Assembly (NCBI GenBank): GCA_016840855.1
Contig: JAEORO010000126.1
Span: 1-31,734, forward strand
Direction of reading: 5' to 3'
DNA length: 31,734 nucleotides
Source of the DNA: Candidatus Thorarchaeota archaeon
Lineage (GTDB): Archaea > Asgardarchaeota > Thorarchaeia > Thorarchaeales > Thorarchaeaceae
The position numbers and the translations under genes were made by a program. Below are positions 6,273 to 15,767 of the stretch, one piece after another; position 1 is the first letter of the stretch; every line of letters starts with the position of its first letter. The notes beneath the pieces are model-generated. The model was not told where the DNA came from. It ran no database searches and saw only the letters and a list, made by a program, of their open reading frames with translations.

Positions 6273-9260
6273 TTAAGCTGGAATTTCGATCTCAAAAGTC
6301 GTTTCTTTCTCTTTTAGAAGTTTAATTGTCCATCCATGCGCTTCAACAAGTCGTTTGACAATGGCTAATCCATACCCCTGTCCAATCTTACTAGTGGAAA
6401 ACCCACGCAAGAATATCTTGGAATGTAGCATCTCCGGAATTGCTTTTCCATCATTTATGACTTTGATACGATATACATTATCAGTCTTGATTGACCTAAC
6501 TTCTATCCTAGTTGGTTTCCCGTGCTGTATGGCATTATCAAAGAGATTCCTGAAAATTTGAGCAACTTTTCTTTGGTCTGCTTTAACTACTGGTAGCTGA
6601 TCCTGATTATAACTTACATTCTCAGGAATAATCGAACTAGCTACTTCTTTTACAAGAGGAGTCAATTCGACATTTATTGTTTCTTCGATTACTAGCCCTG
6701 CATCTGCCAACGCAACTGAGTGGTCCACCATAGCTCCACTATCACTAAGCAAACTCCGAAGCTTCTTGAGATGGTTGAAATTATGTTCCTCCTCCAAAAG
6801 TTCGATGAAACCAAGCATATTATGAAAGATGTTTTTCAGATCATGACTCATAGAATGCGCGAAATCGCTAAGTTCCTCTTTCTGTTTTTTCAGCATTTCA
6901 AGTGCATTTTTCTGCTCTGTGATATCTGTCATGACTCCCTCGATGTAACCTCTGTCAGCCCATAGGCGTAGAGAGAAACGCATCCATCTTTGTATTCCAT
7001 CTCTTGTGATTACTCGTAGTTCCACAACAGACCTCTGATTCTCAAGGAGTTTTGCCTTTAGCTCATCCCATTCTTTTGGTTCAATAAGAATATCTCTAAT
7101 TTGACTTAAGCCATCAATAATCGCACCTCTAGTTTCGTGACCAAAACTCTTGGCAAACTGGTCATTGCATTCTAGAATCAATCCATCTGAAATCCGGATC
7201 CTGAACAGACCGACAAGTGCATTGTTATACAATTCTTTGTAGCTTTCTCTACTCTCAACCAATGCCTGCTCTGCTAGAGTCCTATCAGTAATGTTTTGAA
7301 TATGAACAATGAATCCTTGAAGGTCATCTTTCTTACCATACCTGATTGGTGAGTAAACACAGTCGAGATTCATAATCCCGCTTTTACTTGTTCTATATAG
7401 ATTGTGATCTTTAACACTTGAAAAATCAAATCGAGCTTCAGTCATGGCAATCTCCCCTCTTTGCAAGCTCTCCTTCACGTATTCCTGGGTGTTGGGATCA
7501 GAAAAAAGATTGAAGCCAATAATATCGTCTAGACCATCTACACCAAACAACTCAAGTGCCGCTTGATTTGCACGAACCAAATTCCCTTTCGAATCAAAGA
7601 GTTCGATGCAAATTGGAGATTCATCAAAGATTGTCCGGAACATTTCTTCATTTGCGCGAAGAGCTGCTTCCGTTTCTCTACTCTCAGTCATATCAGTAAC
7701 ATGCATGACATAGCATTTTGGATTTCCATCTTCAAACTTGAATGATGAAAGTGTCACATCCATATAGATGACGCCTGTACGAGTGGTTGGTAGGATGCCT
7801 TGCTTTGCTACATAATCAAAATCCCATTTGTAATCGAATCTAAACACATTTCTTTTTCGAACATTTTCCAAAACTTCTTCAGGCAACCTAGACTCCAAGA
7901 ATAGATTAAGCCCAAATGCATCCTCTCTTTTCTTCAGACCAAGAAGCTCGAGACCTGCTTCGTTAATATCAATTAGAAGTCCTTCAGCATCGAAAATACC
8001 AACTGCTCCAGGTGCATGGTCAAAAACTCCTTGCCACCACTCTTCACGAATTTGTTTTGTATTAGTCGAGTGTATTTTTTCTTTCTCATTCATTTTAACC
8101 TCTCTAGCTGAACAAAGAAACGCAGTTACATTTCCATCATTGTCAGTTATCACACTATCTTGACAGAGTATCTTCTTCTTATCTCCTCTGAGAGTTTTAA
8201 TAAGCATCTCACATGATCCTTTAGACTCCCCTGCAATCAATGATGCCAGATATTTTCTTGCAGTCTCTTTACTTTCCTCTGGTATAATATCCTCAATCCA
8301 ATTTATCCCTACGATATTATCTTCTTTGTACCCAAGAAATTCACACCCTTTCTTGTTTATCATTGTTATATCGAATTTGGTGTCGAGAGCAAAAATCATA
8401 GTGCCTGTAAGATCGAGATATCTCTGAGCTTTATCTCTCTCTTCACGTAGGAGGGTTTCCTGTTTAACTCTTTCAGTAATATCCTGGACCGTGCCCATCA
8501 TTCGAACTGCTTTATTACCCTCATCAAATGTGACTTCAGCTTCTTCATGAACGAATCGAATTGTTCCATTAGGAAGAAGTATGCGATGGTCTATACTATA
8601 TTTCTCATTCTCATGAATAGCTCTCTCTACCGAATCGCGTACAAAGTTTCGATCATCCGCATGGACTGAGCTGAGAAATGCGTCATAAGTGGCCTTGAAC
8701 TCCTGCGGGGCTAATCCAAATATTCTATAAATTTCATCAGACCATTCTATATTGTCTTTGATGATATCCCAATCCCAATGACCGAGATGTGCAATACGTT
8801 GAGCCTCTGCAAGCAGAGCTTCACTCTCACGAAGCCTTCGTTCTGATTCGACAAGAGCTCTTTCAGTCCTACGTTTTTTTACAGAAGTTAGAATATAATA
8901 CGATAACTCAGCATATAGACCTTCAATCTTTGAAGCGCTTTTTCGAATATAATAATCCGCTCCAAGGTTAAGTGCTTGTATGGCAAACTCTTCTCGACTC
9001 TTCCCTGTGAATATGATAACTGGAATATCCTTCTTATTATTTCTAACCTGTTCCAGAATACCAAGACCTGTGGGTTGGTCTTCTCCAAGATCAATGTCAC
9101 AAACTGCAACATCAAACTCATCATTGAGGATTAGATTCATGGCGGTTTCTGAGTTTTTGGCTGAAACAATTTCGTACTCTGTACTCTGTCGTTTCAAAAA
9201 CTGCTCACTCAGTTCAAGATGTACAGGATCATCGTCGACCATTAGAACACGTATAGCCAT
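6273..9260 (-). CDS. hybrid sensor histidine kinase: N-terminal receiver, multiple PAS domains, HisKA/HATPase
   Basis: VLMVDDD..CDIDL..FTGK..YIRK receiver; several PAS repeats; H-box SHDLKN, N-box NLFDNA, G-box GQGYGL; no TM. Confidence 0.95.
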   Translation of the reverse strand: MAIRVLMVDDDPVHLELSEQFLKRQSTEYEIVSAKNSETAMNLILNDEFDVAVCDIDLGEDQPTGLGILEQVRNNKKDIPVIIFTGKSREEFAIQALNLGADYYIRKSASKIEGLYAELSYYILTSVKKRRTERALVESERRLRESEALLAEAQRIAHLGHWDWDIIKDNIEWSDEIYRIFGLAPQEFKATYDAFLSSVHADDRNFVRDSVERAIHENEKYSIDHRILLPNGTIRFVHEEAEVTFDEGNKAVRMMGTVQDITERVKQETLLREERDKAQRYLDLTGTMIFALDTKFDITMINKKGCEFLGYKEDNIVGINWIEDIIPEESKETARKYLASLIAGESKGSCEMLIKTLRGDKKKILCQDSVITDNDGNVTAFLCSAREVKMNEKEKIHSTNTKQIREEWWQGVFDHAPGAVGIFDAEGLLIDINEAGLELLGLKKREDAFGLNLFLESRLPEEVLENVRKRNVFRFDYKWDFDYVAKQGILPTTRTGVIYMDVTLSSFKFEDGNPKCYVMHVTDMTESRETEAALRANEEMFRTIFDESPICIELFDSKGNLVRANQAALELFGVDGLDDIIGFNLFSDPNTQEYVKESLQRGEIAMTEARFDFSSVKDHNLYRTSKSGIMNLDCVYSPIRYGKKDDLQGFIVHIQNITDRTLAEQALVESRESYKELYNNALVGLFRIRISDGLILECNDQFAKSFGHETRGAIIDGLSQIRDILIEPKEWDELKAKLLENQRSVVELRVITRDGIQRWMRFSLRLWADRGYIEGVMTDITEQKNALEMLKKQKEELSDFAHSMSHDLKNIFHNMLGFIELLEEEHNFNHLKKLRSLLSDSGAMVDHSVALADAGLVIEETINVELTPLVKEVASSIIPENVSYNQDQLPVVKADQRKVAQIFRNLFDNAIQHGKPTRIEVRSIKTDNVYRIKVINDGKAIPEMLHSKIFLRGFSTSKIGQGYGLAIVKRLVEAHGWTIKLLKEKETTFEIEIPA

Positions 9261-9381
9261 CTTGGCTCACAGCCCCATCTTAAAATAACAAACTAACTTC
9301 TTATTATATTTGACAGGTCGCAAAATCAGAGGGAAATACCTTATATCGGTCTAGACCCACTGTGCTTTATAGCTAGGGAGG

Positions 9382-10779
9382 TTGCTCCTATTGGGAATCC
9401 CATTATTCGATGGTATTGGTGTTTTCTTTAGAAAAAGGCGATATCTCGCCTACTTCATTGTGTTTGTAGCTACTACTTTTCTTGGTCTATTCATGTCGTG
9501 GTTGATGAGTACCTACGCAGGAACAGCGATAGAACAAACGCTTGTGTACTTCTTCGCCTACATTGGCTCAGCAGGTACAATCTACTTTGCTTTTGGTTCG
9601 CTGCTTACTGGACTAGGTATTGATAGACTATGGATTACTAGACGAGGCAGAGGTAGAACCACTGAACTGAAAGGAGTTAGTTGGATGGCTGTATCATTTG
9701 CCATTTCGGTATTCCTTTCTATATTGACCGGCCCAACGACTATGCTGTTCTTTGCAATTTTCTGTTGGGTCGGATGGATTGCTTTTCAAGGCTATCTATC
9801 TACAAGAACAAGCCTAAGACTTGCAACACTTGCAGAACCTAAAAAGGGTGGTTTCCTGCTTGGTACAGGTAGTTTTATTCTACTCCTTATCGGTCTTATA
9901 TTGATTGGAGCAGAAGCCCTCCTTGCCTTGTACTTGGTCCCAAATGATGTATTTGGAATTGGTACATTGATTAATGGAATCTTTTCAGATGCTACAAGTA
10001 ACATTCTACTTCAATATAACTTCCTTATTGTTGCATATGTCATGATGGGATTGTTTGCTCTTGTGATGCTGCTCTCATTTCTCAGGAATGCTGGGAAAGG
10101 GGCAGCATTGAACATTGCACTACTAACCATTTTCATAGCAATTTATTCGGGTTACTTCCTGGTCAATGTGATGAGACGAGGTGGCATCTTTGGAATGACT
10201 CCCGTCGACATCGCTATGTCACTGTTCTTCCTAGCATATGCTTTGAGTGGCATAGGTCGAACCGCAACGGAAGCTGCGGAGAAACCTGGTGGTAGAATAG
10301 GAGATTTTGGGCCACTTGCAACATTCTTCCTAGCAAGCGGATATTTCTTTGTTGACAGTATAATTGCTGTTGCCTCGAACGACGCAACTTTGATTTGGGA
10401 TTGGTTCCAAGCTGGAATTCTTGCTGATCCACGATTCCTCTTCCTATTCAGAGATGTTGCGAAATTGATTGCTTTTCCCTTGGCTGCAATCTTTACTGCA
10501 GTCTATTACCTGAGATATGAACGTGCAGAACGTATTGTTAGCAGAGCACGGGAAGCTGGCGAAACATTTGCTCCAGATAAGGTAGATAAGGAAATAGCAG
10601 ACAGAACCCCAGACCCGGGTGAATCATGGCCAAGCGAGCGCGCTGAAGGAATCAAAAAGGGCGAACCTGGACATGATCTGTCTGCACCTGACACTCGCAG
10701 GTTATCGGTTGACAGCAGTCGTCGTCTTGGCAAACCAAAGCGCTTTGGGGAAGATGACGAAGAAGAAGAAGGAGATTAG
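9382..10779 (+). CDS. multi-pass membrane protein of unknown function with charged C-terminal tail
   Basis: About 10 hydrophobic segments; GGAGG immediately upstream; hairpin after the stop. Confidence 0.8.
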   Translation: MLLLGIPLFDGIGVFFRKRRYLAYFIVFVATTFLGLFMSWLMSTYAGTAIEQTLVYFFAYIGSAGTIYFAFGSLLTGLGIDRLWITRRGRGRTTELKGVSWMAVSFAISVFLSILTGPTTMLFFAIFCWVGWIAFQGYLSTRTSLRLATLAEPKKGGFLLGTGSFILLLIGLILIGAEALLALYLVPNDVFGIGTLINGIFSDATSNILLQYNFLIVAYVMMGLFALVMLLSFLRNAGKGAALNIALLTIFIAIYSGYFLVNVMRRGGIFGMTPVDIAMSLFFLAYALSGIGRTATEAAEKPGGRIGDFGPLATFFLASGYFFVDSIIAVASNDATLIWDWFQAGILADPRFLFLFRDVAKLIAFPLAAIFTAVYYLRYERAERIVSRAREAGETFAPDKVDKEIADRTPDPGESWPSERAEGIKKGEPGHDLSAPDTRRLSVDSSRRLGKPKRFGEDDEEEEGD

Positions 10780-10789
10780 AAAGTTCCTT

Positions 10790-10822
10790 GAGGGTCTCTC
10801 AATGACCCTCTCTACTCTTTTT
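10790..10822 (+). terminator. terminator-like hairpin
   Basis: GAGGGTC-tctcaat-GACCCTC followed by TCTACTCTTTTT. Confidence 0.5.
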
Positions 10823-10855
10823 ATAATATCCTGTTTTATAGGATAACAACCCAAT

Positions 10856-11005
10856 CTAGAGAACCATTGTTATCATCATTAGAATTGTAAATAGAATCGA
10901 TACTAATGCGCAATTGACGCAAAGCCCTTCTTCAATTTCTTTCTTATCGCGAGGGCTTAATTTCTGTGATTCAGCAACTTCATCATCTTTCTTCTCATCA
11001 GTCAT
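10856..11005 (-). CDS. 49-aa small tail-anchored membrane protein with CxxC (absent from ORF track)
   Basis: GGAGG 7 nt before ATG 11005; MTDEKKDDEVAESQKLSPRDKKEIEEGLCVNCALVSILFTILMMITMVL*. Confidence 0.65.
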   Translation of the reverse strand: MTDEKKDDEVAESQKLSPRDKKEIEEGLCVNCALVSILFTILMMITMVL

Positions 11006-11079
11006 TTGGTGGCCTCCTGAATGTTGAATGTTGTTCTCAAGCTGTATTAAAGGTACGTGTTCTCTTTTGTGTTCAATAA

Positions 11080-11613
11080 TTATAATTTCATCTCTAGCTC
11101 AATCTCATCCATGATTGGAATGTTATCAATCCCGAGATAAGGAATCTCTTGTTTTAATTCGCGAGACTCTTCTATTGCACCTTTATGAATTGCAACCACT
11201 GTAAATCCAATGCTTTGATAGAATTGTAGTGCTGGTGTATTGTCATTTGTAGTAATGACCCAAACGCGAGAACAGCCGTTATTCTTAGCATTGTTTATTG
11301 ATTTGTCGACAAGTTTCCTCCCTATTCCCTCCCTTTTTTCAAGCACATTCAAAGTCACTATTTCAAGCATACCATTAGCAATATTATAGGTGAGCAAGCC
11401 AACTCTATGGTTATTCGTTTCTGCAATATAACCTGGTAATGTTGCAGTGTCATGAACTACTCCACGAGAAACGACTTTGGTGGACCCCCAGCTCTCTGAA
11501 AGGGTTTTACGGATCCATTCAATGTCATTTATCTCAATTTCTCGGATAATATGTTTAATGTTGTTATTCAGATAGTATCCCCAACCTGTAATTTCAGCTC
11601 CCTGATAAAACAT
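11080..11613 (-). CDS. GNAT family N-acetyltransferase
   Basis: LEIVTLNV..REGIGRKL..TTNDNTPALQFYQSIGF motifs. Confidence 0.9.
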   Translation of the reverse strand: MFYQGAEITGWGYYLNNNIKHIIREIEINDIEWIRKTLSESWGSTKVVSRGVVHDTATLPGYIAETNNHRVGLLTYNIANGMLEIVTLNVLEKREGIGRKLVDKSINNAKNNGCSRVWVITTNDNTPALQFYQSIGFTVVAIHKGAIEESRELKQEIPYLGIDNIPIMDEIELEMKL

Positions 11614-11711
11614 CTTTCGTGGACACGTCCCAAATGATTTATGTCAATACGTTCTATACGTTAAACGCGCAATTCTAATAGGAGGTATCTCCAATTTACA
11701 ACTACGCAGAA

Positions 11712-12191
11712 GTGGTCATCCGAAAGGCTGCATTGGGAGAAGTAGATGTAATCAAAGACATAGTTAAAGAAGCATATCAACCTATTACGAAACAGCTTAA
11801 ACGTACACCTGCAGCATTGGAGGAAGGATTGGGCAAAATCTCACGTCATATACAAATGGGGAACCAGTATGTAGCTATTGTAGGTGACACTGTTGTTGGC
11901 ACAATGAGAGTTAGTCTCAAAGGCCAAGTTGGAGTGATTGCTAGAGTTGCCGTCCGACAGAAATTCCGTGGACGAAGGATTGGCTCAATGCTAGTTGATT
12001 ATGCTGAAAACTTACTGACTCACATGAACGCGAAGAGAATTGAGATTGAATTATATGGTGCAGTCGAGGAGCAGATCTCATTCTATGAACGTATAGGCTA
12101 TACTGAAGTCGGACGTTTGGAGCGGCTTGGCGAGGAAATAGTCGTAATGCAAAAGGAATTGACTGAAGAGCTTATTGAGGAAGATGAGTGA
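11712..12191 (+). CDS. GNAT family N-acetyltransferase
   Basis: VAVRQKFRGRRIGSML acetyl-CoA motif A; FYERIGY. Confidence 0.9.
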   Translation: MVIRKAALGEVDVIKDIVKEAYQPITKQLKRTPAALEEGLGKISRHIQMGNQYVAIVGDTVVGTMRVSLKGQVGVIARVAVRQKFRGRRIGSMLVDYAENLLTHMNAKRIEIELYGAVEEQISFYERIGYTEVGRLERLGEEIVVMQKELTEELIEEDE

Positions 12192-12193
12192 AT

Positions 12194-12988
12194 CTACTCT
12201 TTTTTGCTTGCAGCCCTCCTAGCAATTAAAGAAGCAACAGAGCCTGCCCCCAAACCATTTCCAATATTTACAACTGAAAGTCCTGGTGCGCAGGATTGTA
12301 ACATTGATGCAAGTGCAGTTTCACCCTTACCACCATGCCCATACCCAGTGGGTACTGGTACACCAATCACTGGTATATCAATGAGTGACGCAACTACAGT
12401 TGGTAAAGCACCTTCCATTCCTGCGAAAACAACAATTGCGTCAACATCCTCATCTACTATTTTTTGAATAGGGTCAACCAATCTATGAATACCAGCAACA
12501 CCCACATCATAGAAAGTTAATGCTTCAACACCCATCAATCTAGCAATAGCTTCCGCTTCACGAGCGTAGATCACATCTGAAGTGCCAGCCGTAAGAATTG
12601 CTATCTTTCCTCTCTTCTGAGGTTCAATCCATGACTTCGAATGCGCCAAAACTGTTAGGTGATCTTCCGATCCTTTTGATTCTATAGTAAGACTCGGATA
12701 CGCCTTCTTAATTTCTCCAAGTTTTTTCTGATTCATCCTCGTCAATAAAGCTACGCCATTATTATCAATAAGTAATTGCAAAATTTGCACCAAATTATCT
12801 GCTGTTTTCGTTTCTGCAAATACAACTTCAGGTACTCCGGTTCTTTCTTGACGGCTTACATCAATTAGACCTATATCACCAATTCTGCCAATTGCAAAGG
12901 CTCTAAGCTCTTTTTCAGCATCATCAATTGAAATTATTCCAGCTGCAAGGTCTTCCAGTACTTTACGTGTGGATGTCATGGTCTTCAT
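12194..12988 (-). CDS. larB: nickel pincer cofactor biosynthesis protein LarB (PurE/AIR carboxylase-like)
   Basis: RTGVPEVVFAETK, AGTSD, DVGVAGIHRL, AGMEGALP, PTGYG, MLQSCAPG. Confidence 0.92.
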   Translation of the reverse strand: MKTMTSTRKVLEDLAAGIISIDDAEKELRAFAIGRIGDIGLIDVSRQERTGVPEVVFAETKTADNLVQILQLLIDNNGVALLTRMNQKKLGEIKKAYPSLTIESKGSEDHLTVLAHSKSWIEPQKRGKIAILTAGTSDVIYAREAEAIARLMGVEALTFYDVGVAGIHRLVDPIQKIVDEDVDAIVVFAGMEGALPTVVASLIDIPVIGVPVPTGYGHGGKGETALASMLQSCAPGLSVVNIGNGLGAGSVASLIARRAASKKE

Positions 12989-13021
12989 GAATGAGGTATA
13001 ACCTTTAGATATGTGCCTTTC

Positions 13022-14104
13022 CTAAGGGACAATCTCACACCCATTATTGAATTCAGGATAATTAAAATCTTCAATTGAGATAATTCCACTATCGAGGAGG
13101 TTTCTAACTACAGGTAGTTGCTTTTTCAAGGAGTCAAATAGGTGCTTAGATACCTGACATACCTTATCGAAACCCTCCTCTCCCCAAAGTTTCTGTTTGT
13201 TAGCAAACAAGCAACGACCTCCACACAATCCATAGTCTTCACAAGATGGACATGGTTCATCAACACTCATAGAGTTCTTCAAATCCGCAGGATCTGACCT
13301 CCAAATATCTCCAATAATTGAGAACTCCCAATCTGGAGAGATTGGACAGACTCCAATTTTTCCATCAACATGAATTGCGAATGTGTCTCTACCAGAGCCA
13401 CATCTCATCTCTGACGGCTCACCTGTTATCAGAGTATGCATAAGAGGCAGGAATGGGACTATTCCTTCAACAATTCCAATCTTCATTTTTTCAATCCATT
13501 CGTCGACGAGTAAGGATATCCCTGGATTGTAGATGTTTGTGACCCACTTATCGAAATCCTCCCAATTATTTTCAGCATCCCAAAAAACATTGAGTTGCCA
13601 ATGGACATTATCAAAATTTGGCTCAGATAAATCTAACAAATATCTTACATCCTTGTGGATGTCGGACTGCTCAGAAACCGCCATTCTAGCAACGATATCA
13701 CCCTCATATCCAATATCTCTTAGCCACTTGACGTTCTTGATGACTTTCTTATACACCCCCTCTGAGCGATAACCATCAGTAATATCTTCTCTACCATCAA
13801 TAGAAACAAGGATTGAATGGAATCTTTTCACATATTGGGCAGGGATATTATCTAAGAGCAATGCATTGGTCTGAAGCATGAACCGAGCTTTAGGAAAACG
13901 ATTCATTAGATCAATGATTAGGGGCACTCTTAATGTAGGTTCGCCACCATAGAGCATAAGCTGAATATCATCATCTCTCTCGAGAAATGCCGTTAAATCA
14001 TCAATTGAGTATTGTATCTCTGTCTTTGGTCCCGTTTCTTCACCACCATGGCAATAGTAGCAATTGAGATTGCATTTTCGGGTTAGGACCAAGTGATAAT
14101 TCAA
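13022..14104 (-). CDS. radical SAM/SPASM protein (resembles TIGR04084/AF0577 family)
   Basis: CNLNCYYC, YGGEP, MLQTN; SPASM cysteines CGSG..VCP..CPSC..CGGRC..C; C-terminal GCEIVP. Confidence 0.88.
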   Translation of the reverse strand: MNYHLVLTRKCNLNCYYCHGGEETGPKTEIQYSIDDLTAFLERDDDIQLMLYGGEPTLRVPLIIDLMNRFPKARFMLQTNALLLDNIPAQYVKRFHSILVSIDGREDITDGYRSEGVYKKVIKNVKWLRDIGYEGDIVARMAVSEQSDIHKDVRYLLDLSEPNFDNVHWQLNVFWDAENNWEDFDKWVTNIYNPGISLLVDEWIEKMKIGIVEGIVPFLPLMHTLITGEPSEMRCGSGRDTFAIHVDGKIGVCPISPDWEFSIIGDIWRSDPADLKNSMSVDEPCPSCEDYGLCGGRCLFANKQKLWGEEGFDKVCQVSKHLFDSLKKQLPVVRNLLDSGIISIEDFNYPEFNNGCEIVP

Positions 14105-14220
14105 TAGAAAAGCGCTCCAAACCCAATCTAATTGTTGACCGCATAAACATTACTCTCTGACATTAGGAAACCAAACGGAAAACTACCAATTGCTAACTGC
14201 TCTGTCATATCGACATCCTT

Positions 14221-15762
14221 ATGATTTCTCAAACTACCATTTCGATTGAGTTGACATCCTTGAAACTATCGACAACTGCAGTCATTGTAGTTATGATATT
14301 AGTTGTACTGCCTATTTCAACCAGAGAATTCACCACGCTCGCACAAACGGAATCATTGTTCTTTCCAGCTGATAGTGGGCTGCTTCCAGCTCATAGCTAT
14401 GTTTGGCAGGAAATCAATGGCTTCTGTGCATGGGCTGCAACTACAATGGCTATGCAATATGCAGGTGTCGACATTACAATGTATGATGTATTTGCTGCAA
14501 CAACAATTGGCTTTTCTTTTGCATACTTTCGATTTGATGATACATTCCTGATGTTCCCTGGAGCTCTATACACCCAAGTCGAGCCTACTCAATTTCTTGC
14601 AGATCTTTACGGAATCAATTATACTCTCTACGTTGGCGATAATATTCCGAATCTAGAACAAAATGTTCAGGTATGGGAAAGTGAAGGCATTCAGGTTGGT
14701 GTAATAGATGGCCAAGTTGAAGCATTCGATTTAATGAGGCAGACAATCGATCGAGGATACCCACTTCTCATTAGTGTAGATCCCATCTATCTTCCTGCAT
14801 ATGATTACAATTACTTAAGAGAAGGCGAACTTGCTGGTGGTGGTCACGGAGTTCTCATCGTGGGATACAACGACTCTGAAACATCTGCGACCATACTTGA
14901 CCCTGGAGTCGGTTCATTCGGGGAGTATTATGGTTACCCCGAAGATGGGCGTGGTAATTATACTACACTTACTTATACCGCTCTGATTGATGCTTGGTCA
15001 AGTAGATACTATATCTCAAACACATTCTTTCCAATGAGTCCCGTCGATGACCAAATGGTCGTTTACAATCCAAAAGGTGACCTTCTTGGACCCATGGTTC
15101 GAGACAAACTTCTTGGTGTCGGATCAATCTATTCTCCTAATAGTCCGAACGCTCTCATTGGAAAATTCGGGGAAGCTGGTTTCCGTCAGCTCAGTCAAGA
15201 TATTACTGTTGATGGTCTGAAGTCCTTTCTAAGTGTGTTTGATGGCGTTGATGACGAAACTAACTTTAAGGCTTCTCTTCTCTACTTCATTGGCTTGGGT
15301 CTTGAGGCACAGGTTACACTCCAATACCTGTCATATCGCACTGCCTTAGTTAGTCTTCCTGCTTTGATACCAGAAATAGATCTAGAGGCCTTTGTTGAAG
15401 CTGGCGAAGCAGCTCTCCCCGCATTTTATGACCTTGCAGACAATTCCTCCTTGATATTCCCCGGAAATATTTCACAAGCAACTGGGGATGTTGCCTCTAC
15501 CTTTTTCACGATGGCTCAGGGTTTTAATACCACCGGTGATCTTGACTCCACGTTAGCATCATACGAAGGTTTCCTGGATTCGGTTTCCGATAACCTCCTG
15601 ATGATAGCAGACTCTTGGCTAAACGCAGGCAATGCTCTCGCAGTGATCTGGCCAAATGACTTTCTAACCATTTATGGTCCAGTGCTTGCCTTCGGTGGAG
15701 GTGGCATAGCAGCTCTTGTTATTGTCATATTTTGGTGGATGCGAAAGAAACCATCGCAATAG
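14221..15762 (+). CDS. membrane-anchored extracellular papain-fold cysteine peptidase (C39-like/BtrH-N-like)
   Basis: QEINGFCAWAA (Q..C), GGHGVLIVGYN (H), ILDPG (D); N-terminal hydrophobic signal; C-terminal TM plus RKK. Confidence 0.75.
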   Translation: MISQTTISIELTSLKLSTTAVIVVMILVVLPISTREFTTLAQTESLFFPADSGLLPAHSYVWQEINGFCAWAATTMAMQYAGVDITMYDVFAATTIGFSFAYFRFDDTFLMFPGALYTQVEPTQFLADLYGINYTLYVGDNIPNLEQNVQVWESEGIQVGVIDGQVEAFDLMRQTIDRGYPLLISVDPIYLPAYDYNYLREGELAGGGHGVLIVGYNDSETSATILDPGVGSFGEYYGYPEDGRGNYTTLTYTALIDAWSSRYYISNTFFPMSPVDDQMVVYNPKGDLLGPMVRDKLLGVGSIYSPNSPNALIGKFGEAGFRQLSQDITVDGLKSFLSVFDGVDDETNFKASLLYFIGLGLEAQVTLQYLSYRTALVSLPALIPEIDLEAFVEAGEAALPAFYDLADNSSLIFPGNISQATGDVASTFFTMAQGFNTTGDLDSTLASYEGFLDSVSDNLLMIADSWLNAGNALAVIWPNDFLTIYGPVLAFGGGGIAALVIVIFWWMRKKPSQ

Positions 15763-15767
15763 CTGGA

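Noticed and set aside
10799-10858. TAG read-through (pyrrolysine) extending the 49-aa protein by IGLLSYKTGYYKKSREGH
   Set aside because: No pyl genes in the window, TAG is a normal stop for other genes here, and the extension overlaps the convergent terminator hairpin
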